A DNA stretch of 64,000 nt. It comes from Patescibacteria group bacterium (GTDB lineage Bacteria > Patescibacteriota > Saccharimonadia > Saccharimonadales > JAZKJC01). The stretch is taken from assembly GCA_040384565.1 (NCBI GenBank), contig JAZKJC010000015.1:2063-66062 (forward strand), in the 5' to 3' direction. Each line of letters opens with the position of its first letter. Positions within the stretch are counted from its first letter, which is position 1. Shown here piece by piece: positions 39,351 to 48,161 of this stretch. A program made the position numbers and the translations under genes. Below the pieces are notes generated by a model. It ran no database searches and had not been told where the DNA came from. It saw nothing but the letters and a program-made list of their open reading frames with translations.

Positions 39351-39731
39351 TTGAATCAGTACGAGATTGCTGTGCTGTATCACCCAGATTTGGAAGTAGA
39401 TCTGTCCAAGGCGGAAGAAAAAGTGGCAAAAATTATCACCAGCAATGGTGGTAAGGTTGTTGCTACAGACAACTGGGGCAAACGTAAGCTGGCCTACACA
39501 ATCAAGAAGCAGGAACACGCCGTGTACGTGTTCTATACGGTAGAAATGCCCGGAGAAGGCGTTAAAAAGGTAGAAGCCACACTGAACATCACAGATGAAG
39601 TAGTGCGCTACCTGATTGTCCGTCCGGACCTTAAGGCAATTGCCAAAGCAGAAGCTGCCAAAGCCGACAAGGCCAAGAAAGCCGCTGAGCGTGGTGATAG
39701 GCGAGACGATGATGAAAAAGAAGAAGAGTAA
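39351..39731 (+). CDS. rpsF: 30S ribosomal protein S6
   Basis: YEIAVLYHPDL. TTG 39351 lies 6 nt after AGGAAGGAG and is preferred over ATG 39327. Confidence 0.88.
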   Translation: MNQYEIAVLYHPDLEVDLSKAEEKVAKIITSNGGKVVATDNWGKRKLAYTIKKQEHAVYVFYTVEMPGEGVKKVEATLNITDEVVRYLIVRPDLKAIAKAEAAKADKAKKAAERGDRRDDDEKEEE

Positions 39732-39750
39732 AAATTTACCAATTTAACAA

Positions 39751-39832
39751 GTTCCCATTTACCAAATTATTTTCCATTAGCCATTTCTGAAAAATGAAAA
39801 TTGGCAAATAATTGAGAATTGAAAACTGGTAA
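39751..39832. repeat. 82-bp intergenic element A, copy 1
   Basis: 100% identical to 40072-40153. Confidence 0.9.
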
Positions 39833-39855
39833 GTGGTAAATTTAAGGAGCGAATT

Positions 39856-40059
39856 GTGGCGAAGATATTTAAGAACAGAACGGATGTAGCCTTTTTTGAC
39901 TACAAGGATTTCAAGACCTTGCAGCGCTACGTAAACGGGTTTGGCCAGATAGAATCACAGAAAAAGACCGGCCTGAAAGAGCATGAACAACGCCGCCTGG
40001 CGGTGGCTATCAAGCGTGCCCGCCACATTGCATTACTGCCATTTGTGGCATCAAACTAG
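39856..40059 (+). CDS. rpsR: 30S ribosomal protein S18
   Basis: FDYKDFKTLQRYVNGFGQIESQKKTGL...RRLAVAIKRARHIALLPF. GTG start after AAGGAG. Confidence 0.9.
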   Translation: MAKIFKNRTDVAFFDYKDFKTLQRYVNGFGQIESQKKTGLKEHEQRRLAVAIKRARHIALLPFVASN

Positions 40060-40071
40060 GCAATTTACCAA

Positions 40072-40153
40072 GTTCCCATTTACCAAATTATTTTCCATTA
40101 GCCATTTCTGAAAAATGAAAATTGGCAAATAATTGAGAATTGAAAACTGGTAA
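40072..40153. repeat. 82-bp intergenic element A, copy 2
   Basis: 100% identical to 39751-39832. Upstream homology differs by a 7-nt indel. Confidence 0.9.
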
Positions 40154-40245
40154 CTGATAAATTAAACTTGACGATTAGGAAGCTCGAGGTGTACGGTATA
40201 CATACAATTAAGTTAAAGGACATAGTTCCTACAAGGAGGTGAGCC

Positions 40246-40722
40246 ATGGCTCGATCATTTAACCAAGTAATCTTAATGGGTAACCTGACCCGCGACCCTG
40301 AAGTCAGGACAATCCCAAGTGGCCAGACCGTTTGTAGTTTTGGCTTGGCGCTAAACCGCAGCTTTAAAGGCAGCGATGGCAACTGGCAGGAAGCTACAGA
40401 CTTTGTGGATATTGTAGCGTGGGGACCACTTGGCGACCGGGTAGCCCAATACCTGAGCAAAGGCCGGCCCTGCCTAGTAAACGGCAGCCTGCGCTACAGT
40501 AGCTGGGAAAAGGATGGCCAAAAACGCAACAAACTGGAAGTAGTTGCCCAAGACGTTACTTTCCTTGGCGGTCCAGAGGGTGGCCAAGGCGGAAATAGCG
40601 GTTCTAGCAGCCGCAGCAACGACGATGACGCTCCGAAACCTAGCAAACCCACCAAAAAAGACGACATTGTCATAGAAGACATAGGTGACGAACCAATTAA
40701 TTTGGACGACATCCCATTCTAA
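40246..40722 (+). CDS. ssb: single-stranded DNA-binding protein
   Basis: OB-fold N-terminus NQVILMGNLTRDPEVR, Gly-rich linker, acidic tip DDIPF. SD GGAGGTGA. Confidence 0.92.
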   Translation: MARSFNQVILMGNLTRDPEVRTIPSGQTVCSFGLALNRSFKGSDGNWQEATDFVDIVAWGPLGDRVAQYLSKGRPCLVNGSLRYSSWEKDGQKRNKLEVVAQDVTFLGGPEGGQGGNSGSSSRSNDDDAPKPSKPTKKDDIVIEDIGDEPINLDDIPF

Positions 40723-40727
40723 GACAA

Positions 40728-40803
40728 GTAAACAGCTAACAGTACACAGTAGACAGCTAGCTGCAGCCAAAACTGTATGCTGTCAGCTGTAACCTATATA
40801 CTT
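40728..40803. repeat. heptamer-periodic inverted-repeat element, family C
   Basis: The left arm's first 33 nt (40728-40760) are about 29/33 identical to 3267-3299. ACAG every 7 nt; CTGT at 40783, 790 and 797. Confidence 0.8.
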
Positions 40804-40822
40804 ATTCGACAAAGGAGAATAG

Positions 40823-41386
40823 ATGGCTTTTGGACCGACTGATTTAAAAAAAGGACAAATTTTTCAGATGGACGGCGTGCCATACCGGGTTGTTGAATAT
40901 GCTCAAAAGGTTATGGGGCGCGGCGGCTCGATTGTTAATGTCAAAATCAAAAGTATTTTGGACGGCAAGGTGCTGGACAAGACTTTTAAAGGCAATGAAT
41001 CTATTGAACCGGCTGATGTGTCTAACAAGGCTGTCCAGTTTTTGTACAACGATGCCAAAACGTTCTTTTTTATGGATGAAGCCTCTTATGAACAGTTTGA
41101 ACTATCAGCTATGGACATGAGCGATCAAGCTGGCTATATGAAAGAAGGGGACAGAGTGCAGGCACAACTATTTGACGGCCGTGTGATCAACATTGAACTT
41201 CCAAAAAATGTACCACTCAAAGTTACATATACCGAAACGGCTGTGAAAGGCGACACCAGCTCATCTATCACTAAAGACGCAACCTTGGAAACAGGGATTA
41301 AAGTCAAGGTGCCAGCATTTGTGAAAGAGGGCGACATTATCTCTGTTGATACGGTTTCGGGAGCGTATCGTGAGCGTGTCAAATAG
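40823..41386 (+). CDS. efp: elongation factor P (Arg at loop tip)
   Basis: Aligns along its length to EF-P. The loop reads VMGRGGS where E. coli has KPGKGQA. Confidence 0.9.
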   Translation: MAFGPTDLKKGQIFQMDGVPYRVVEYAQKVMGRGGSIVNVKIKSILDGKVLDKTFKGNESIEPADVSNKAVQFLYNDAKTFFFMDEASYEQFELSAMDMSDQAGYMKEGDRVQAQLFDGRVINIELPKNVPLKVTYTETAVKGDTSSSITKDATLETGIKVKVPAFVKEGDIISVDTVSGAYRERVK

Positions 41387-42161
41387 GCTAGATAAAGCAT
41401 TGATGGCACGTGGGTTGGTGTTGTCACGCAGTCAGGCCGAAAGTTTTATAAAACTTGGCAAAGTCAACGTAAATGGCAAGACAGTTACAAAACCCGCTAC
41501 ATTGGTTTTGGCTGGAGATGAATTAAAACTTAAGGTTACTGAGCAATACGTTAACCGTGCCGCCTTAAAATTAGCCTCAGTGGCAGCAGCATTAAAACTG
41601 GATTTTAAGGGCAAGGTTGTTCTGGATGTTGGCTCTTCAACCGGAGGGTTTACCGACTATGCTTTAAAACATGGGGTATCCAAGGTTATTGCCGTAGATG
41701 TAGGGACTGACCAGATGCATCCAAGCCTGCGAAATAATCTGCGCATAGAGCTGCATGAAAAAACCGACATACGGAATGTTTGGCCACGCCAAACCGAGCA
41801 AAGAGCAATGAGCAATGAGGAGAGAGCAGAGAGCATGGAACAAAGAATTGAAATAGAAAAACCAGATATTGTTTTGATTGATGTGAGCTTTATTAGCCTG
41901 AGAGAAATTTTGCCTCATTGCTCACGGCTCACGGCTCAAAATTCATTGGTTGTAGCAATGGTAAAACCGCAGTTTGAGGCTGGCGACTCGCTTAAGCACA
42001 AAGGCGTGATTAAAAACGACACCATGCGCCGTAACATCTTAAAAGATTTCGAAACTTGGGTACAAAAACTGTTCAAGGTTATTGATAAAGCTGACTCTAG
42101 AGTCCATGGCGGCAAGGGCAATATAGAGAGATTTTACTTGCTCAAACCCCTAAACAAATAA
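41370..42161 (+). CDS. tlyA: TlyA-family rRNA 2'-O-methyltransferase
   Basis: S4-like N-terminus RLDKALMARGLVLSRSQAESFIKLGKVNVNGK, DVGSSTGGFTD, DVSFISL, KPQFEAG. The GTG start is approximate. Confidence 0.8.
   Translation: MSVSNRLDKALMARGLVLSRSQAESFIKLGKVNVNGKTVTKPATLVLAGDELKLKVTEQYVNRAALKLASVAAALKLDFKGKVVLDVGSSTGGFTDYALKHGVSKVIAVDVGTDQMHPSLRNNLRIELHEKTDIRNVWPRQTEQRAMSNEERAESMEQRIEIEKPDIVLIDVSFISLREILPHCSRLTAQNSLVVAMVKPQFEAGDSLKHKGVIKNDTMRRNILKDFETWVQKLFKVIDKADSRVHGGKGNIERFYLLKPLNK
41796..41941. repeat. intragenic inverted heptamer arrays in tlyA (GAGCNNN x6 / CTCANNN x4)
   Basis: Units 41796-41837 and 41914-41941. Perfect 12-bp inverted repeat: 41809-20 / 41913-24. Confidence 0.75.
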
Positions 42162-42169
42162 TTTACTAT

Positions 42170-42229
42170 TTACCAGTTTTCAATTCTCATTTTTCAGAAA
42201 TGGCTAATGGAAAATAATTTGGTAAATGG
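42170..42229. repeat. element A, inverted truncated copy 3
   Basis: The 37-bp core at 42191-42227 is identical to the reverse complement of 39757-39793. Confidence 0.85.
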
Positions 42230-42260
42230 TAATTTGTTAAATAGGTAAATTGTTTTTGAC

Positions 42261-42926
42261 TTATAGGAAAGAGCGTAACTTTTCAACGTCCTTAAGTAGC
42301 AAGTATTGAGGATCAGCAACTATTAAACCTTTCTTTTCCAGTGCTGATAGTTCACGGCTGGTTGTCTCGCGCGAGGCGTTGATGGAGCTAGCAATATCGT
42401 GTTGGCGCAGAGGTAGATCAACCAAAATTCCCTCATCGATTTGCTTGCCAAAGCGATTAGCAGTTGTTAGCATAAAAGAAATTAAACGCTCCCTAACCGT
42501 CCGGTATTCCAGAGTGATAATTCTTTCTGAATGTATACGGTACATTTCTAGCGTCATATCGAGCAGTGGGGCAAGGTTGTTAGATGGGTTTTCTATGAAG
42601 ACCTTAAATTCTTTGCGGCTTATCCGCCAGACTGTCGTAGGTCCCAAAGCCTGATAGATGATGCTGCGTTCTTGACCGGTAAAAGCCCAAATAAGGGGGA
42701 ATAGTTCATTTTCTTTGCGAATAATTAATAAGTTTTCTTCGCCGTATTTGGTAATGTCAAAAGCCTTAACTAACCCCATCTCTATAAAAAAAACGCCAGA
42801 AGGCGTTTCACCTGGACGGATGATAAATTCACCCTTTTTGTAGCTAAGCCTGGTGCCTCGCTTAAAGGTTGACACCAATGCCGCCGTTTGTTGATCATCG
42901 GCTAACATGTTTACATTATGCCACAT
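42261..42926 (-). CDS. Crp/Fnr-family transcriptional regulator
   Basis: cNMP-binding-like beta-roll (GEFIIRPGETPSGVFFIEMGLVKAF). C-terminal HTH RQHDIASSINASRETTSRELSALEKKGLI. Confidence 0.8.
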   Translation of the reverse strand: MWHNVNMLADDQQTAALVSTFKRGTRLSYKKGEFIIRPGETPSGVFFIEMGLVKAFDITKYGEENLLIIRKENELFPLIWAFTGQERSIIYQALGPTTVWRISRKEFKVFIENPSNNLAPLLDMTLEMYRIHSERIITLEYRTVRERLISFMLTTANRFGKQIDEGILVDLPLRQHDIASSINASRETTSRELSALEKKGLIVADPQYLLLKDVEKLRSFL

Positions 42927-42966
42927 CTGCTTAAATTTTGCATTTTACAATCTCCAATCTTTTCTA

Positions 42967-43011
42967 TTTACCAATTTTCAGAAATGGCTAATGGAAAATA
43001 ATTTGGTAAAT
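42967..43011. repeat. element A, inverted truncated copy 4
   Basis: The 37-bp core at 42975-43011 is identical to 42191-42227. Confidence 0.85.
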
Positions 43012-43118
43012 TTTTACAGGTTTGTGATAAAAGTCTCACTAGTTTCGTGATGAAGAGTACCGACAATTAAATATATAGAGAATAGACTGAGCATACGTAA
43101 TAGAAAGGGAGGACGCAC

Positions 43119-43718
43119 GTGGTACACAAAGATGAGGTAACTCAGCAGCTGAAAGACCTCGGCGCTAACTTCAGTTTCTGGTGCCGGGCGGAAATCAAAG
43201 AATTACCCAAAATACTTTTTGAAAATGAGAAACTTAAGCATCTTATTATAGGGCGCTATGAAGGTGGCTTCGCTTTGCTCTGTGCGACAGATCACCGAGT
43301 CCTGCTAATCGATAAAAAACCGTTTTATCTGACCATAGAGGATATACGGTACGACATGGTATCGGATGTCCAGTACAACCACCGCATGATCGACGCTTCT
43401 ATTAGGCTCGGCACTATGCACAAGACAATCACGTTCCTTGGCTACAACCATAACAAGCTAAGGCAGTTTACGAGCTATATTCAGGAACAAGTCCTATATT
43501 ATCGACAGCAGCAGATGGGTGGGGCTCAGCCACAGCTACAACAATCAGAACAACTGTTAAATCCTGCCACCCCAGTGCCGGCGTCGCTTACCACTCTTCA
43601 GCAACCTAATCCTAATCAAAACCCAGTTCAAGCAATTTTGAACGGTCCTAAAAGACCGGTTATTAATCCTTACAATATGCCGGTAATGATTAGACGACGA
43701 GTCTCTCGGTTTTATTGA
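43119..43718 (+). CDS. bacterial PH-domain (YokE-like) protein with Q/P-rich tail
   Basis: The IIGRYEGGFALLCATDHRVLLIDKKPFY...IRYDMVSDV pattern recalls bPH domains. GTG start after GGGAGGA. Confidence 0.5.
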   Translation: MVHKDEVTQQLKDLGANFSFWCRAEIKELPKILFENEKLKHLIIGRYEGGFALLCATDHRVLLIDKKPFYLTIEDIRYDMVSDVQYNHRMIDASIRLGTMHKTITFLGYNHNKLRQFTSYIQEQVLYYRQQQMGGAQPQLQQSEQLLNPATPVPASLTTLQQPNPNQNPVQAILNGPKRPVINPYNMPVMIRRRVSRFY

Positions 43719-43721
43719 AAC

Positions 43722-43846
43722 CTAATTAGCGAATAGCAATTTTCAATGAGCAATGTATTAGCAATTGGCGATTAGCTATAAAGTAGCATCGCCAATTGCT
43801 AATCGCTAATGTAATGCTACTTGCTAATTGTAAATTGCTAATGTTA
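43722..43846. repeat. AATNNNN / GCTAATN period-7 inverted-repeat element
   Basis: Perfect 14-bp inverted repeat: TAGCAATTGGCGAT 43759-72 / ATCGCCAATTGCTA 43788-801. Confidence 0.8.
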
Positions 43847-44971
43847 TTAATTAGAGACGTTAAACCTAAACTCAACAATGTCATCCGGTTGCATTATGTA
43901 GGTTTTGCCTTCGGTTCGAATTTTGCCAGCAGCTTTAGCGGCTGTTTCTGAGCCTGCGTCTATCAGGTCGTTGTAATCGATTACTTGGGCAGCAATGAAG
44001 CCACGCTCAAAATCGCCGTGAATAACGCCAGCGGCTTGCGGGGCAGTGGCACCTTTGGGGATTGTCCAGGCGCGGACTTCTTGCTCCCCAGCCGTTAGGT
44101 AACTTTGTAGTCTCAATACATCATATGCCGAGTGAATAACCTGGTTTAATCCGGGCTCCTGTTGGCCATAGCTTTCCAGCAATTCCTGGCGGTCAGGTTC
44201 GTCAAGGCCGCGCAGCTCGCTTTCTAATTTTGCACACACAAATAGTGCGGTTGAGGGGGCAACCAGCGCTTGTAAATCTTTTTGCAAGGACGGTTCTTGC
44301 AAAGACTTTTCGTCAACATTGAACATATAAATTATTGGCTTCATGGTCAGCAGTTGCAGGTCTTTCAGAAAATCTTGGTTATCATTTATCCAGGCTTCAG
44401 TCTGCTTAAATAACGGCTTGCCACTATCTAGAATACCCCTAGCTTCGTTGAGCGAATTAACTAAAGGTTTTAGCTTTGGGTCTGCTTTTGCCAATTTCTC
44501 TGTTTGGAGCAAGCGCTTATCCACTGTCTGGAGATCGGCTAAAACTAGTTCTGTGTTAATGACATCAATGTCATTTTTGGGGTCATGTTTGCCCGGCCAG
44601 CCCTCTGCTAAGAGAGCAGAGTCGTTAATATGCAGGACATTGGGGTCATCAAACGCCCGGACAACATGGCAAATAGCATTACAGGACCGAATGTTAGCCA
44701 GAAACTGATTGCCCAGCCCTTCACCCTGACTGGCGCCAGCGACTAAGCCGGCAATATCAACAAAAGTAACAGTCGCGGGAACAACCTTTTGGGATTTGTA
44801 CATCTCGGTCAGTTTTTGTAGCCGCGCGTCAGGTACCGGTACAATCCCGGTATTTGGCTCAATAGTCGCGAAAGGATAGTTGGCCGCCAAAACAGAATTA
44901 TCCGTCAACGCGTTAAACAAAGTCGACTTGCCAACATTCGGCAACCCAATTATGGCTATTTCTAATGACAC
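43847..44971 (-). CDS. ychF: ribosome-binding ATPase YchF
   Basis: GLPNVGKSTLFNALT, with G-domain and TGS-like C-terminus. 374 aa. Confidence 0.92.
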   Translation of the reverse strand: MSLEIAIIGLPNVGKSTLFNALTDNSVLAANYPFATIEPNTGIVPVPDARLQKLTEMYKSQKVVPATVTFVDIAGLVAGASQGEGLGNQFLANIRSCNAICHVVRAFDDPNVLHINDSALLAEGWPGKHDPKNDIDVINTELVLADLQTVDKRLLQTEKLAKADPKLKPLVNSLNEARGILDSGKPLFKQTEAWINDNQDFLKDLQLLTMKPIIYMFNVDEKSLQEPSLQKDLQALVAPSTALFVCAKLESELRGLDEPDRQELLESYGQQEPGLNQVIHSAYDVLRLQSYLTAGEQEVRAWTIPKGATAPQAAGVIHGDFERGFIAAQVIDYNDLIDAGSETAAKAAGKIRTEGKTYIMQPDDIVEFRFNVSN

Positions 44972-45027
44972 AAAGTACCTCTAATTTCCATATCCTAAGA
45001 ATAACACAGTGTTCACCTCATTTTTTA

Positions 45028-45052
45028 GAGGACTGTCCTCTATAGGTGTTAT
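45028..45052. repeat. left 25-bp terminal inverted repeat with REP-like palindrome
   Basis: GAGGACTGTCCTCTATAGGTGTTAT. Its perfect reverse complement is at 45714-45738. Confidence 0.9.
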
Positions 45053-45080
45053 TTATTGATAGTTATGGTAGACTTGCACT

Positions 45081-45695
45081 ATGCCCTCACGAAATATTAT
45101 CAAAGAACAAGCAGCTCAGTCGTATTATCATGTGTACGCCAGGGGCGCTAGTAAGCAAAAAATATTCGTCGAAGCGACAGATTACGGATATTTTATAAAA
45201 CTTTTGGAGCGTTACTTGTCGAATAAGCCGGTAATTAGCAAAACCGGGGAAGCCTATCCTCATTTCTTGAATCAAGTTGAGCTATTAGCGTATTGTCTGA
45301 TGTCCAATCACTTTCACTTACTCGTCTATCAGTCCGACGTACCATTCCTTGAAAAGTTTATGCGAAGTCTCATGACCAGTTATAGCCGATATTTCAACCT
45401 CAAATACAAACGTACAGGCTCATTGTTTGAGAGTAGATATAAGGCAGTTAGAATTGATCAGGATGCTTACTTGCGGCACATTACCCGCTATATACATCTT
45501 AACCCCAGACTTTGGGAGCATTACAGATATTCAAGCCTGAACTATTATCGGCAGGGCAATGAACCAGTCTGGCTTCGTACCAGCAAGATTTTAGATTTAT
45601 TCAGCAGCCGAGAAGGTTACATGGACTTTGTCTCCGACTATGAAGAACTTCGTGATATGTTGGCCGAACTCAAGCATCAGCTAGCAGATCAATAA
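45081..45695 (+). CDS. REP-associated tyrosine transposase-like HUH (IS200/Y1-type) protein
   Basis: HUH motif SNHFHLLV and Tyr motif RYIHLNP. Flanked by perfect inverted repeats carrying hairpins. Confidence 0.7.
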   Translation: MPSRNIIKEQAAQSYYHVYARGASKQKIFVEATDYGYFIKLLERYLSNKPVISKTGEAYPHFLNQVELLAYCLMSNHFHLLVYQSDVPFLEKFMRSLMTSYSRYFNLKYKRTGSLFESRYKAVRIDQDAYLRHITRYIHLNPRLWEHYRYSSLNYYRQGNEPVWLRTSKILDLFSSREGYMDFVSDYEELRDMLAELKHQLADQ

Positions 45696-45713
45696 ATACC
45701 TAACTATCACAAA

Positions 45714-45738
45714 ATAACACCTATAGAGGACAGTCCTC
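45714..45738. repeat. right 25-bp terminal inverted repeat with REP-like palindrome
   Basis: ATAACACCTATAGAGGACAGTCCTC. Confidence 0.9.
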
Positions 45739-45826
45739 GTAAGTACTCTAAGTAGTATGGTTTGAGTTATGGCTAAGGTGAAGAGAGTGCAGTTTTAATT
45801 TTTTCCTAACACAAAAAGGATCCTGG

Positions 45827-47098
45827 ATTTAATCCCGAAGTGCAACATTCTGTAAATTGAGGAGGTAGATCCGTTGCTCGACTGGCGTGCGGTAATTGTA
45901 CCTTTTACGTGGGCGATTGTTAAGTTTGTTTTGAACATTAGTTACTTGTTTTTGGTTGAGGTGTTTGAAGTCCGATCTTTTCGGGAAGTACTGCCTAATT
46001 AGGCCATTAAGGTTTTCGTTGCTGCCACGCTGCCAGGAACTGTAAGCATCAGCAAAGTAGACTTTGGAATCCATCTGTCTTTGGATTGAGTAGTAGTCGG
46101 CAAACTCGATGCCCCGGTCGTAGGTTATGGTGCCCAGCGTAGCCTGGTTCGCTTGAGCCAGCCACAAGGTCTTGGCAGCAATCTTGGTGGCGCTAAATCC
46201 CAACACCAGACCTATGAGGCACTCACCGCTGCTGCGGTCGACATAGGTTAATAACCGATCCTTGGTGTCCAGTCCGACAACAGTATCGCCCTCATAGTCA
46301 TCTAGACGGGTTCGAGCCTCGATTACCGGCTCTCTATCGTGAATAGATGGGATATTATTCTTGTTATTCTTAACCCGCTTGACGGTGCCATGCTTGCGGC
46401 GATACCGTCCACCCTCGTGCCGTAAGTGTTTAACGAGCTCTTCTTGTCACTACTGGCGTATATGTAGTCATAGATGGTCTGAGGGCTTATGTGGACTGCG
46501 TGGTGTTCCAGCAACCTGCCGGCTATTTGCTCTGGTGACCATTGCTCATGTTTCAGATTATCCAGTACGTATGTCTCCAGGAATGAACCACTGCCTTGAA
46601 CTATCCTGATACGTAGTTGGTTGGCCAGTTTGCGTCGTTTCTTGGTTCTTTTGCCAGCTAGTCCAGCGTAGTAGTATTTCTGTTTGCTGGCTCGATTGGC
46701 AACTGCTTTATTGCAGACATCCAGAGCTTCATACTTGGTTTTTGTGAAGCCGCTGCCTCGGAGTTTTCGACCGTCCATGTCGATGATCTTTGGACGAACC
46801 ACGTGCTTAGTGTTTTTTGGTTTTGGCTTGCTGCCACGTATAATCTCTCTACCGATACTGGAGCGATCTATTCCCAGCCGCCTGGCGATGTACGCTTTCG
46901 TTCTGTTCTCGGATAACAGCGTATCTATGACAATCCTATCCTGTGAATTAATATGTTTGTAGGACACCGAAAACCACCTTCCTAAAGTTACACGTTTTAC
47001 CGCTTGTTAGTTTAGGCCAGGAGGGCTAACGGTGTCCTAGTTTATTGTCACTACTTTACAGATTGTTAGTTTATGATTGTTGCACTTCGGGATGGAAT
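45827..47098 (-). mobile_element. IS30-family insertion sequence (about 1.27 kb), transposase frameshifted
   Basis: Terminal inverted repeat with a 16-bp perfect core: ATCCCGAAGTGCAACA 45832-47 / TGTTGCACTTCGGGAT 47078-93. The transposase C-terminus runs into the repeat. Confidence 0.75.
45829..46967 (-). pseudogene. IS30-family transposase interrupted by one frameshift near 46440-46446
   Basis: N-terminal HTH ORF 46323..46967. The remainder (ELVKHLRHEGGRYRRK...DDYEGDTVVG...YFADAYSSWQRGSNENLNGLIRQYFPK) reads in the -1 frame down to 45829. Confidence 0.75.
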
Positions 47099-47112
47099 TG
47101 CGGGATATTTTG

Positions 47113-47141
47113 TTGACAATACTAAAATATTTTAGTATAAT
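47113..47141 (+). promoter_or_regulatory. consensus promoter TTGACA-17-TATAAT
   Basis: TTGACA 47113-18; TATAAT 47136-41; directly outside the IS end. Confidence 0.6.
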
Positions 47142-47174
47142 AACTACCATTCTTAAGTTTTGGGAGAAATAAGT

Positions 47175-48047
47175 ATGGGTTCAGAAATTAATGCCGGTAT
47201 TTTACATTCAGCACGTGAAACGTTAGGTCGTGGCCTAGCAGCTTGCGCGTTTGTCGCAACTGGTCTTGTGGGATTTGGTGCAGTTGAAACTATACAAGCC
47301 GCATCGGCTGCCGCCGAAGCGCCAGCTGATCCTAAAGGCAAGGCAGATGGAGGTAACTCTGAAACTGCTCATGAAAACAGAGGTCAAGCTAAAAAAGATG
47401 TAGCCGATGAAACTACCCCTGAGTCTTCAGGCGATAGCGTCACTGATACGGGGACAAGTTCGACTTTCTCGCAGCCTGAGGACGCCGGGGTAAACAGTAA
47501 ATCGCCCTCAACGCCTGACCAGGACGGTATTGGAGCTGACCATGGCGCAGACAATAATGACAAAACAGGACCGGGAACAGACCCTAATAACGGTTGCGGT
47601 AATGATCCGCGGCTAGCTGCTCCCCGTGATGGCGGCCGGCCCACGGATGATGACAATAACGGCAATTGCGGCGGTAATAAACTTCCAAAACCTCCAGTAG
47701 TTGTTGAAACCTGTCCGGACGGCAGCCCATTGCCTCTAAAAGGCAACTGTACTCCTCAACCTGCTGTTAATCCCGAGCCTGTAGAAGTCAATCCAATTCT
47801 CCCTATTGAAGAAGCAGTAACAGCAACACTTGTTGTTGCCACTGCTGAAGTTCATGAAGTTTCTGTCGAGGCCATCCTGCTTGAGGCAGAAGCCATACCT
47901 GTTTTAGAAGAAACATCTTCTATACACCCGGCACCAGAACAGCCAACCTTGCCTATAACTGGCGGCGATACCCACAACGGACTGGCCGGCGCGCTTCTCG
48001 TAGCAGCTGGTCTTGGTGAAATTCTGCGTAGACGAAGCTTTTCTTAG
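47175..48047 (+). CDS. LPXTG-anchored surface protein
   Basis: N-terminal signal-like segment. C-terminal LPITGG, then hydrophobic GLAGALLVAAGLG, then RRRSFS. Confidence 0.75.
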   Translation: MGSEINAGILHSARETLGRGLAACAFVATGLVGFGAVETIQAASAAAEAPADPKGKADGGNSETAHENRGQAKKDVADETTPESSGDSVTDTGTSSTFSQPEDAGVNSKSPSTPDQDGIGADHGADNNDKTGPGTDPNNGCGNDPRLAAPRDGGRPTDDDNNGNCGGNKLPKPPVVVETCPDGSPLPLKGNCTPQPAVNPEPVEVNPILPIEEAVTATLVVATAEVHEVSVEAILLEAEAIPVLEETSSIHPAPEQPTLPITGGDTHNGLAGALLVAAGLGEILRRRSFS

Positions 48048-48161
48048 AGCCTGACAAAATCCCTCAATTAACACGTATATAGCCTCCTGAGCATAATGTG
48101 GGTCATAAGCAATGTAAATCAGGCTCTTAGAGATCTGACCTCTTTCCTCCTCTCTTTCCCC

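Noticed and set aside
46295-46320. GGGTTCGAGCCTCG resembling a tRNA T-arm.
   Set aside because: It lies inside the IS30 transposase reading frame, and no acceptor, D or anticodon arms can be built around it.
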